A stretch of DNA of 64,000 nt from a virus (Duplodnaviria; Heunggongvirae; Uroviricota; Caudoviricetes): IMG/VR virus record IMGVR_UViG_3300021431_000002, one strand, 5' to 3'. The translations under genes were made by a program, and so were the position numbers. Of this stretch, positions 56,282 to 64,000 are shown in pieces (the first letter of the stretch is position 1; every line of letters begins with the position of its first letter). Under the pieces are notes generated by a model that searched no databases, was not told the origin of the DNA, and saw nothing but the letters and a program-made list of their open reading frames with translations.

Positions 56282-57956
56282 AATGTGTAAGCTCTTCGGT
56301 TGATTTACCCGTCGCTTTTTTGGTTGCAGTAAACTTTCCTTTGTTTTTAGGGTCAATATCAATCGACTCATCAACCTCTTTTCCCATTTGTTTCAAAAGT
56401 TTTTTCTCCCTTTCTCCAAAACTACCTTTTGCTGGTTTCTGTTTACGTATTGGCTGACTTCTATGCCCATAAGTAGATTTTATGAAACCTTTAGTGCTGG
56501 CTTGTTTTTGAGTATACTCTTGTATCAAACTGATTGCAGCCTCTTTAACCGCTTGTTTAAGTTCGCTTTCAGAAAGTTTTAGAATTTTAGATTCATTAAA
56601 CTTATATGGGTCGTATGAAAAATCAGCATCTTCCAAATCATCCAAATCTCTTTTGCCATCAACCCATTTGTTCATTAAACGATTTCCCCTCTCGTTATCT
56701 CTGTCAGTCCAATAAGCTGCATGGTCTCTTCGATTCTGAGCAGCATCCATTATATCATGCTGACGGTCAACTGGAGATTTTCCAACATTATTCATTCTAT
56801 GATACAAACCCCAAGAATAATCATTCTCCATGTCTTTATCCCCATCCATCCATTCATCATCGTCCCAACTGTTTGGTGGATTAAATGGATTGTCTAAATA
56901 ATCGCCATTTGCCGCAGAATCAGCTAATGCCAATTCTTCATCACTAGGTTCACTTTTGTTCCATCTTCCACTGAAATTATCAATATCATAATTTAATGGG
57001 GTTTCAGATAATATCTTCATCGCAGCCTCTTTAACTACTTGTTTAAGTTCTGCTTCTGTCAAACTCATTTGTTTGTTCATGTTTTTGCTTTCTAATACAT
57101 TATTCTGTTTAGGCCATAAAACCATACAAGTATCATAGCTTGAAAATGGGTCAGAGACAGTGCCAGCTGCCATACATTTAATGTATCCGCTAATAGCCAT
57201 ACCATCATCAAACATAATTTTTATCGCATACTGCTTTGAACGTGGCATGTGGTCGTATTCGTCATAATCAGTATAACCGCCATCAGATTCTATGCTGTCA
57301 GCATTGTTTAAACTAGCGCAAGGCTTCATTTCAACCTCGCACCCTAAAGATGTAATTGCTCTATAATAGTCTTCAATTGCTTGCCAATTCTCATCACTAT
57401 ATTTTCTAGAATCAATACCGTATTTCTTAACAATTCTATATATCTGGTTAATTCTAGCTTTGATTGATTTAGGTCTTCTGCCAATAAATTTCTCAACATC
57501 AACAGTGTTTGATAAATTCTTAGGTCTAGATTCATTAATCTTGTCTCTTAACCTCATTTTCAATTCCTCTTTCAGAGTAAAATTAACAAGATATAACTTT
57601 CGCTGCATGTCACTTAAAAAACTTTCGCAGTCACTTCTCATGCCAATATATTTATCACCCTTTTCTCCAAGTTTTTTATAAAAATCATTGGTGCAATCAA
57701 TTACAGATTCCACAAATTCCTTTAACGTGCCAACTTCTCCAAATTCTTGATTCGTTGGCTTGAACATTTCTTTTGGTAACTTGCCACTTATTGATTGTTC
57801 GACTTCAGATACTTGGTCTTGAAAATCTGCAATCCTTTCAGCTATATCATCACACAATTCATGCTGGGATAGAGAGTTAGCGTCCCAGTGTAATGCTTTG
57901 ATTTTAGTCTTAAATATCTCAAGTTTTTCAACAAAAGCCAATACTGTTTTATCCAT
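56214..57956 (-). CDS. Modular late protein: N-terminal ferritin/Dps-like domain plus modules separated by internal leader copies
   Basis: LHWDANSLSQHELCD...E..E ferritin-like helix; internal SLTEAELKQVVKEAAMKILSE and KLSESELKQAVKEAAISLIQE. Confidence 0.7.
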   Translation of the reverse strand: MDKTVLAFVEKLEIFKTKIKALHWDANSLSQHELCDDIAERIADFQDQVSEVEQSISGKLPKEMFKPTNQEFGEVGTLKEFVESVIDCTNDFYKKLGEKGDKYIGMRSDCESFLSDMQRKLYLVNFTLKEELKMRLRDKINESRPKNLSNTVDVEKFIGRRPKSIKARINQIYRIVKKYGIDSRKYSDENWQAIEDYYRAITSLGCEVEMKPCASLNNADSIESDGGYTDYDEYDHMPRSKQYAIKIMFDDGMAISGYIKCMAAGTVSDPFSSYDTCMVLWPKQNNVLESKNMNKQMSLTEAELKQVVKEAAMKILSETPLNYDIDNFSGRWNKSEPSDEELALADSAANGDYLDNPFNPPNSWDDDEWMDGDKDMENDYSWGLYHRMNNVGKSPVDRQHDIMDAAQNRRDHAAYWTDRDNERGNRLMNKWVDGKRDLDDLEDADFSYDPYKFNESKILKLSESELKQAVKEAAISLIQEYTQKQASTKGFIKSTYGHRSQPIRKQKPAKGSFGEREKKLLKQMGKEVDESIDIDPKNKGKFTATKKATGKSTEELTHSKNPLTRKRAIFAQNAKKWSKN

Positions 57957-57970
57957 AACTTAAATTATAT

Positions 57971-58381
57971 TTATTCATTTTCTAAATTATCATCCAAAGA
58001 ACCATCGCCTTCCATATCAACTATCTGGTCTTTTTTCTTTCTTCTCCTTCTTCTTTCAGCCTTATAGTCCTCAATGTCCTCTTCAGCCTCAATCTGCATC
58101 TTCTCGTTTTCAACCCAAGAACGAGTTTTCATCCTCGAATCAACATAAGCCTTTGGCACACCACTTCCTAGAATGTATGCCCCACTTGCCATTAATAACA
58201 TTGCCATGTCACCCATATCAGTATCTATTTTACCATCATAAGTGACATCATATATCAGCACGAAACACATAACCAAACCAACAATAACACCAATTAATGC
58301 AGATGCCAATAATGTTATACTATTGACACTCATTGATGATTTGTCATCAATTGACTCTTTTATGTTTCTTATTATACTCAT
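57971..58381 (-). CDS. Two-TM membrane protein (candidate holin)
   Basis: Two hydrophobic segments and a charged C-terminus; TATTTATA at 58386-58393. Confidence 0.5.
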   Translation of the reverse strand: MSIIRNIKESIDDKSSMSVNSITLLASALIGVIVGLVMCFVLIYDVTYDGKIDTDMGDMAMLLMASGAYILGSGVPKAYVDSRMKTRSWVENEKMQIEAEEDIEDYKAERRRRRKKKDQIVDMEGDGSLDDNLENE

Positions 58382-58411
58382 ATTATATAAATATTAAAAA
58401 TGCTTAAAATA

Positions 58412-58443
58412 TTTGTATTTACACTAAATAAAAGATATATTTG
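58412..58443 (+). promoter_or_regulatory. Bacteroidota sigmaA-type promoter
   Basis: TTTG-N20-TATATTTG. Confidence 0.75.
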
Positions 58444-58456
58444 CATTAAAAAATAT

Positions 58457-58765
58457 ATGGAGCACAAAAATGTATTACAAGCTAAAAAGGAACTATTACG
58501 GTTTTTAAAGAAAAAAAAGATAGTTGCCACATATACTTATACCATTTATAACCATGAATATAATATGAATGAGGTAAAAAATATATTCAAAAAATTAGAA
58601 TATGCAAACACAAATAATGAAATTGCGAGGTGTTATATTGGATTGATTGGCAACATACGTGCAAATAGCCATATAATAGATACACAATATTGGAATAACG
58701 AAACATTATATAATGCCTATCTAGAATGGAAACAATATATCTGCAAAAAATTTCACGTTAATTAA
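58457..58765 (+). CDS. Hypothetical protein (FxxFLK family)
   Basis: ELLRFLKKKKIVATY; start moved downstream of the promoter. Confidence 0.6.
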   Translation: MEHKNVLQAKKELLRFLKKKKIVATYTYTIYNHEYNMNEVKNIFKKLEYANTNNEIARCYIGLIGNIRANSHIIDTQYWNNETLYNAYLEWKQYICKKFHVN

Positions 58766-58771
58766 AATGAT

Positions 58772-59236
58772 ATGATAGTAGAAAGAAGCATTGAACCGTA
58801 TACAAGAAAACTAGTTAAGGAAAACAAGAACCTAATGTATATCTTCACCGATAATACTGATAGGGATAGCGGAAAATCTGTTATCCCCAATTCCTCATGG
58901 TATTCACAGAAATATGGCGAAGGCAAACATTATCCATCAATGACAACCGCACTTATAAGAGGATTAGATAATGCATATCCAATAACAACACAACATTGGT
59001 ACAATGCACAGCATAAAGGAATAACTGGACGTTGGAATGATGAAGATTTTGAAGAATTTAAAAAAGTAATTGATGACGATTTTGAAAATATATATCAGAA
59101 TTGTAAGAAATACGAAAAAATAATATTTCCAATAGGAGGAATTTTTAATTCAAAAATATCGCAATTAAATAAGGTACGAACACCAAAACTGTATTCGTAC
59201 CTTATGGAAAAATGTAAAACACTTCTAACAATTTAA
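58772..59236 (+). CDS. Alpha/beta hypothetical phage protein
   Basis: YIFTDN...G...ALIRGLDNAYPITT...IIFP..GI pattern. Confidence 0.65.
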   Translation: MIVERSIEPYTRKLVKENKNLMYIFTDNTDRDSGKSVIPNSSWYSQKYGEGKHYPSMTTALIRGLDNAYPITTQHWYNAQHKGITGRWNDEDFEEFKKVIDDDFENIYQNCKKYEKIIFPIGGIFNSKISQLNKVRTPKLYSYLMEKCKTLLTI

Positions 59237-60477
59237 TCTTCTTTGTAATAATAGTATTCATTGATAAACTCTTTTTCCCAAGGAGTTAAATCACGCTGCA
59301 TATAACTCATAAGTTTGTTAAGATATTCCTCTTTCTTGACGTTTTCCTCTTCAGTTGTTAAATCCCAATCCAACTCCCTAGAAAAATTCTCCAATAAAGC
59401 AATTAACACACTACTGCTGTTAGATTTACTAATGTAATTAACCCAGTAATATGCATTATAACTATCAATTAACTTGGCAAAATATCTAGAATTTCTGCCG
59501 TTTACTATATTATCATCAATAAGCGAATCACCCCAATAACTTTTTGGATTTTTCGCAAAAATAAGCCTTAAATATCTTTTTATTAACTCTGGATTCAGTT
59601 TCTCAATATTGAAATAATCCAATAAATTGCCACTCTCCGTATAGTTTTTCAACACTCTCATTGCCTTACTTAACGGCATTTTGTTCAACTCGTAAATCCA
59701 TCCAATATATTCTCCTTTCAAAGCCTCAATGTTTGCATCATCAGAAAAACCTTGTACAACTGTATCATTGTATGATGAATTCTTAAACCCACTAAAAAGA
59801 TTTCTAGGACTCACCTCTTCCATATCACCGTTAACTTTTGACAAGTCATAGATAACAGAGCCGTGCTTTGTATTGTCATAGCCATCAATACCACTAACAT
59901 TAACCCCATTATAACCGTTATACTCCATAAACAATGTTGAAAAACTCTGGCTCCCCTCATGCCTTTGAGCCATCCTAATTAACTCATAATAAGAAGGGCA
60001 TCTTAACCCTAACCCATCAGCGTTAGATTTAATCCTTTGATAAAGAACACTGTTGTCATAACTAGCAGTTTTTGGGTTAAATGTGCCCATATTGGTGATT
60101 TTATAATACATATGGTTCAAATCTGCCATCATCGTATATAATACGTCACCTTGCTTTTTACTCCTAACCCTATACAAATTCTTATAAAGGTCAAAATCAA
60201 CACGATATAAATGGTCTTTTATCTCAATGAAATTAGGATTCTGATTTCTGTTAAATTCACCATAATTGTCAATGTCTTTCATATTCCTATAAGTTGAGAA
60301 ATATGTGCCACTACCAAAATGACCAGTTTCACGACCAGCCATCTGATATTTACTATCGCTATAGTAAGGCTTGCCATTATGCTCCTTTCCAACATGAAAA
60401 TTCCATTCAGATTCCTTCAACATACCATACTGCTTGGGATTAATGTATATTTTTTTTCTATCAACAATTTCCATCAT
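59233..60477 (-). CDS. ADP-ribosyltransferase-like protein with leader-like start
   Basis: KKIYINPKQYGMLKES leader; NFH...GHFGSGTYFS...GYNGV...GSVIYD resembles the ART fold. Confidence 0.55.
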   Translation of the reverse strand: MMEIVDRKKIYINPKQYGMLKESEWNFHVGKEHNGKPYYSDSKYQMAGRETGHFGSGTYFSTYRNMKDIDNYGEFNRNQNPNFIEIKDHLYRVDFDLYKNLYRVRSKKQGDVLYTMMADLNHMYYKITNMGTFNPKTASYDNSVLYQRIKSNADGLGLRCPSYYELIRMAQRHEGSQSFSTLFMEYNGYNGVNVSGIDGYDNTKHGSVIYDLSKVNGDMEEVSPRNLFSGFKNSSYNDTVVQGFSDDANIEALKGEYIGWIYELNKMPLSKAMRVLKNYTESGNLLDYFNIEKLNPELIKRYLRLIFAKNPKSYWGDSLIDDNIVNGRNSRYFAKLIDSYNAYYWVNYISKSNSSSVLIALLENFSRELDWDLTTEEENVKKEEYLNKLMSYMQRDLTPWEKEFINEYYYYKED

Positions 60478-60523
60478 AATATTTTTTCCATATAAAAGTA
60501 AATAGTTAAATTAACCTAAAACA

Positions 60524-60555
60524 TTTGGTTATCTCTATTTTTTTTCATATATTTG
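60524..60555 (+). promoter_or_regulatory. Bacteroidota sigmaA-type promoter
   Basis: TTTG-N20-TATATTTG. Confidence 0.75.
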
Positions 60556-60579
60556 CTAACGACAAAATAGTATTTAAAA

Positions 60580-60819
60580 ATGGATAGAGAAGAAGCTAAA
60601 AAAATTGCACTAGATGCAATCAACAAAGAAATAGAAACACATGGAGAAGATTATGTTTTCATGATGGCCCCACAACTAGGCAAAAACACGTGGACTCTGA
60701 AAGAAGCTAGGGAGTCTATCATCAATGATGCAACATTGGAAAACTCAAACTCCAATCTCATTGATGGTATCATTAATCTATATGAGTATAAAAAGAAATT
60801 AGAACAAAATAACAAATGA
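60580..60819 (+). CDS. Small hypothetical protein
   Basis: 79-aa ORF after a promoter. Confidence 0.65.
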   Translation: MDREEAKKIALDAINKEIETHGEDYVFMMAPQLGKNTWTLKEARESIINDATLENSNSNLIDGIINLYEYKKKLEQNNK

Positions 60820-61154
60820 CACGAGAACTTACATATAGAGAAGCCATTAGGGAATTCTTATTTTTTTTGAAAAAAGAAAATGCATATAAAAAATACATAA
60901 AAGCAATAAAACGACAAAAAAAAGAAGAATTTAAAAATTTGGAAAATTATATCAACGTCCTTACAATTTATCCTCTCAAAACATGTTTTAAAAACGATAT
61001 GATATGCTATCTGATTGATAGGTCATTCACTTGGGTTTATACCGAAGAAGGACATGGATTTTGGGCGGAATTGGATAGAAAATGGTATCTTAAAATGGAA
61101 GGCACTAAAATTGTAGCAGAAAAATTGACAAAAAACAACAATAATATAAGTTAA
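60816..61154 (+). CDS. Hypothetical protein (FxxFLK family)
   Basis: EFLFFLKKENAYKKY...FTWVYTEEGHGFW. Confidence 0.65.
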   Translation: MTRELTYREAIREFLFFLKKENAYKKYIKAIKRQKKEEFKNLENYINVLTIYPLKTCFKNDMICYLIDRSFTWVYTEEGHGFWAELDRKWYLKMEGTKIVAEKLTKNNNNIS

Positions 61155-61160
61155 CGTAAA

Positions 61161-61622
61161 ATGGATAATTTAAAAACATTATTAGCAATTCTTATGATAG
61201 CAGCTAGTATATTTGTTGCAGCATTTATTACACAAATAACTTTAATTGATAAAGATAATATTATCGTAAAACAAAACGATACAAATATTTTCGTTAAAAA
61301 ATATACTCCAAAGGCTACCGTCAATAAATCTTTTAAGTTTTTTGACACATCAATGGATTCAGCCATATACAAATACCCACAAAATAAAATACTATATGAA
61401 GGAATATTAGTAAAAGCTGAACATACTCCAGACCAAGTAATTATAAAAACAAAAAAACAAGAAAAAAGAAATAACGTAACACTTAATATAATACGAAATG
61501 AAGACGTTTCTGAACTGTTTTCTTGTAATCAAGTGGATGAGTTTCAAACAAAAATCGGAAAAAAAATGATAATAACAAAAACATTCTATCCTAGAGAAAG
61601 AATATTCTATAAATTCCCATAA
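61161..61622 (+). CDS. Membrane-anchored hypothetical protein
   Basis: N-terminal hydrophobic helix. Confidence 0.6.
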   Translation: MDNLKTLLAILMIAASIFVAAFITQITLIDKDNIIVKQNDTNIFVKKYTPKATVNKSFKFFDTSMDSAIYKYPQNKILYEGILVKAEHTPDQVIIKTKKQEKRNNVTLNIIRNEDVSELFSCNQVDEFQTKIGKKMIITKTFYPRERIFYKFP

Positions 61623-61625
61623 ACT

Positions 61626-62087
61626 ATGAAACAAATACTGAAAAAAATATATACAATTCTTGTCCTAATTAAAAATGTATTAATTAGGAAGAAAAAATAT
61701 ACACTACACTTTGTGGCAGAAAATAACCCACCAATAAAAAGATGGTACTATGATTTCAAACATTGGGGATTCGACCATGCTAACCTCGAAATGGTCGCTG
61801 GAGCAGATACACTCTGCGAATACTATGCAAGAGGAAAAAATGAACTCACAATAAACATCACAGCATCAGAAAAACCAAGAAGCCATTACACAAACCTATG
61901 CGATGAATTCATAGCAGAACCACTCCCAAAAGAATGGACATCATGGAAAGATAAACTCATCTGGGGAAGAAACTATACACACATTGACGCAAATGATGGA
62001 CATGAAGTGAGGATGTGGATTTGCCCAGTAACACTGTTCGTACTAGGAAGATACCCAAAATATCTCTACATAAGACACGGAGAATAA
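61626..62087 (+). CDS. Conserved hypothetical protein (DUF6717-like)
   Basis: RWYYD...LEMVAGADTLC...WICPVTLFV.G.YPKYLY. Confidence 0.65.
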   Translation: MKQILKKIYTILVLIKNVLIRKKKYTLHFVAENNPPIKRWYYDFKHWGFDHANLEMVAGADTLCEYYARGKNELTINITASEKPRSHYTNLCDEFIAEPLPKEWTSWKDKLIWGRNYTHIDANDGHEVRMWICPVTLFVLGRYPKYLYIRHGE

Positions 62088-62092
62088 ATAAT

Positions 62093-62452
62093 ATGGAAAA
62101 ATTACAATATGATAAATGGTACGATACGGTCGAAGACCTTGAACAATGTATAAATAAGTATATAATATGCTCATACATACAAGACAATCCACAATCTAGT
62201 AAGGAACTATGGATTGTTGTACCTAAGAAAATAGAACGCTCACCAAGAGGTAAACTGTTTAATACCAAAATTTATGGTCTCTATCTGTGCGGCATTTATC
62301 CAAGTTTTCGTGCATTTCATAGACCAACAATGAAAAAAAAAGAAGGAGAAAATAAGTTCTATTGCAATGCGCAACAATCTTTTAGACTAGCAACAAATGA
62401 TGAAATTAAACAATTACATCAATATTGGAGCAAGTTCAGAATAACAAAATAA
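62093..62452 (+). CDS. Hypothetical protein, tandem paralog of the next gene
   Basis: TVEDLEQCINKYII...RLATNDEIK...W; start moved to MEKLQ. Confidence 0.6.
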   Translation: MEKLQYDKWYDTVEDLEQCINKYIICSYIQDNPQSSKELWIVVPKKIERSPRGKLFNTKIYGLYLCGIYPSFRAFHRPTMKKKEGENKFYCNAQQSFRLATNDEIKQLHQYWSKFRITK

Positions 62453-62453
62453 A

Positions 62454-62840
62454 ATGAAATACATCAAAACAATAGAAGAACTCAAACAACGAATAGGAAA
62501 ATTCATCATTACATCAGACTACGATGAAAAATGCAGAGACAAACACTCTTCAATGAAACTGCTCACAAAAATAGAAGATTGTTGGATTAGGCATTCCGCA
62601 TTTATGAGTGGTGAGAGTTCAGAACTTCTAGGGTGGAAAATATATGGCAAATATGCAGCAAAACTTAACCCATTTATACCATATATGGCAGATAAAAATT
62701 GCGAGTCATACGCAATTTTCATTAGATACGCCAGAGACCCAACACAAGAAGAAATTAAAGAATACAAAAACTGTTGGAGAAAATTAATATATCAAAAATA
62801 TTTTATAAAACCATTTCAACCATTAGAAATAATTCCATAA
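62454..62840 (+). CDS. Hypothetical protein, tandem paralog of the previous gene
   Basis: TIEELKQRIGKFII...RDPTQEEIK...W. Confidence 0.6.
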   Translation: MKYIKTIEELKQRIGKFIITSDYDEKCRDKHSSMKLLTKIEDCWIRHSAFMSGESSELLGWKIYGKYAAKLNPFIPYMADKNCESYAIFIRYARDPTQEEIKEYKNCWRKLIYQKYFIKPFQPLEIIP

Positions 62841-62879
62841 TTTTTCCAGAATTTTTTTGATAACACATAATGAAAAAAA

Positions 62880-62909
62880 TATGGAACTGTCGCAATAAAC
62901 AGTTCCATA
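62880..62909. terminator. Intrinsic terminator between convergent genes
   Basis: TATGGAACTGT...ACAGTTCCATA. Confidence 0.75.
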
Positions 62910-62914
62910 AATTA

Positions 62915-64000
62915 TTATCTTATACATTTAATACATGACATTAAACTATCTATATTGGTAAATGTGTTTTCTTCTGTATATATACCGTTAAATTTCTTAT
63001 CATTTATATAATCAATATTTTTAACGTTATTTTTAGGAAAATAGTAAAAAAGTTTAATATTTGCATTTTTACAGCATTTGTTAAAATTATAATCACGTTT
63101 TAATTGATTAGAAAATTTTCCAGAATAACCTTTGTGAAAAATACTACATTTTTGAAAGTGTTGTTCGCCTTGGCACTCTATCATTACATTATAAGACTTA
63201 ATGAAGAAATCTCCACGCATATTTCCAAATATTTTTTTGTCAGTATATTGGGTTTTAAATTCAATGTTTTCTTTTTTTAACCTATAAAAAATACTCTCTT
63301 CTAATCTAGATGTTGAACATTTTGGACACCCACTTCCCATTCTAACATGTAGGTGATTATGCGGTGTTTGCCAGAATTCTCCATGTTTGGGGCATATTAT
63401 ACAAACTTTTATTTTATCGCCTTTGTAGTCAACTTTTGAGTAATCATATTTATTACCATGAACCCTTTTCGCCATTTCAATAAATTGTTCTGTCGTTATA
63501 TGAATTTTATCAGGTCTTCCATTTTTTGATTTCAAAAAATTACATGGTTTTATTGAAAATATTTCATTATTTAATTCTTTGTCTATTATATTAACTGGAG
63601 TATCACAATTAACATATTTAATCTCAGAATAATCATATCTGTTTCCAAATTTGTTCGTAGCCTTTTTTATAAAATGCTTTTCTTCACATTCTCTTCTTTT
63701 TTCTTTTCTTTCTTCTTCTGTTAATTTAGGCTTTTTTGGTTTATTTAGGTTTTTAAGACTTTCTATGTATTTATTATAACATTTTTTACAACCGCCAAAC
63801 CTACTATTAAGATGAACGTTAGGTGTAGTACTAAATCTCAAACCATGCTCCTTACATATCAATATAATTGGTGATTGAGAATTTACATACACGACTTCAG
63901 AATAATCAAACCTATCACCAAATTTCTTTTTTGACCTCTCTATAAATTTATTTGCATTAGAAACAATACTATTTAATTTCCATTTTTCTATAGATTTCTC
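62915..64000 (-). CDS. Free-standing homing-type endonuclease, 5'-truncated, paralog of 6877-7806
   Basis: The frame is open to the window end (FGDRFDYSEVVY); HGNKYDYSKV..ICPKHGEFWQ repeats; GDFFIKSYNVMIECQGEQH. Confidence 0.75.
   Translation of the reverse strand, partial: EKSIEKWKLNSIVSNANKFIERSKKKFGDRFDYSEVVYVNSQSPIILICKEHGLRFSTTPNVHLNSRFGGCKKCYNKYIESLKNLNKPKKPKLTEEERKEKRRECEEKHFIKKATNKFGNRYDYSEIKYVNCDTPVNIIDKELNNEIFSIKPCNFLKSKNGRPDKIHITTEQFIEMAKRVHGNKYDYSKVDYKGDKIKVCIICPKHGEFWQTPHNHLHVRMGSGCPKCSTSRLEESIFYRLKKENIEFKTQYTDKKIFGNMRGDFFIKSYNVMIECQGEQHFQKCSIFHKGYSGKFSNQLKRDYNFNKCCKNANIKLFYYFPKNNVKNIDYINDKKFNGIYTEENTFTNIDSLMSCIKCIR

Noticed and set aside
1-64000. Stop-codon reassignment (TAG to Gln) as in some gut Bacteroidota phages
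   Set aside because: Core genes are intact under the standard code. TAG is rare but ends the genes at 44374 and 44769.

Overview
This is an AT-rich 64-kb segment of a large T4-like (myovirus-type, probably jumbo) phage. The host is inferred to be Bacteroidota from about 12 promoters matching TTTG-N19-20-TAnnTTTG. It holds the head module (major capsid, scaffold, gp21-like protease, portal, large terminase), neck/baseplate genes, nucleotide and DNA metabolism genes, a ClpB/C ATPase, RNA-repair-type enzymes (Thg1-like, RlaP-like), a lytic transglycosylase and three free-standing homing-type endonucleases. The genetic code is standard; I saw no tRNA or CRISPR. Main leads: (1) a dispersed set of late genes sharing an N-terminal 'IRLTESDLHRIVKESV..ILNE' leader and (I/L/V)-x-E linkers, including a ~1950-aa modular polyprotein, consistent with capsid-packaged effectors cut by the prohead protease; (2) a probable -1 frameshift at an A9 run fusing two scaffold-like ORFs; (3) an ArfA-like small gene whose terminator lies inside the reading frame, predicting a non-stop mRNA; (4) a late-promoter motif TATTTATA, the reverse complement of the T4 late promoter. 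All family calls come from reading motifs by eye; no searches were run.
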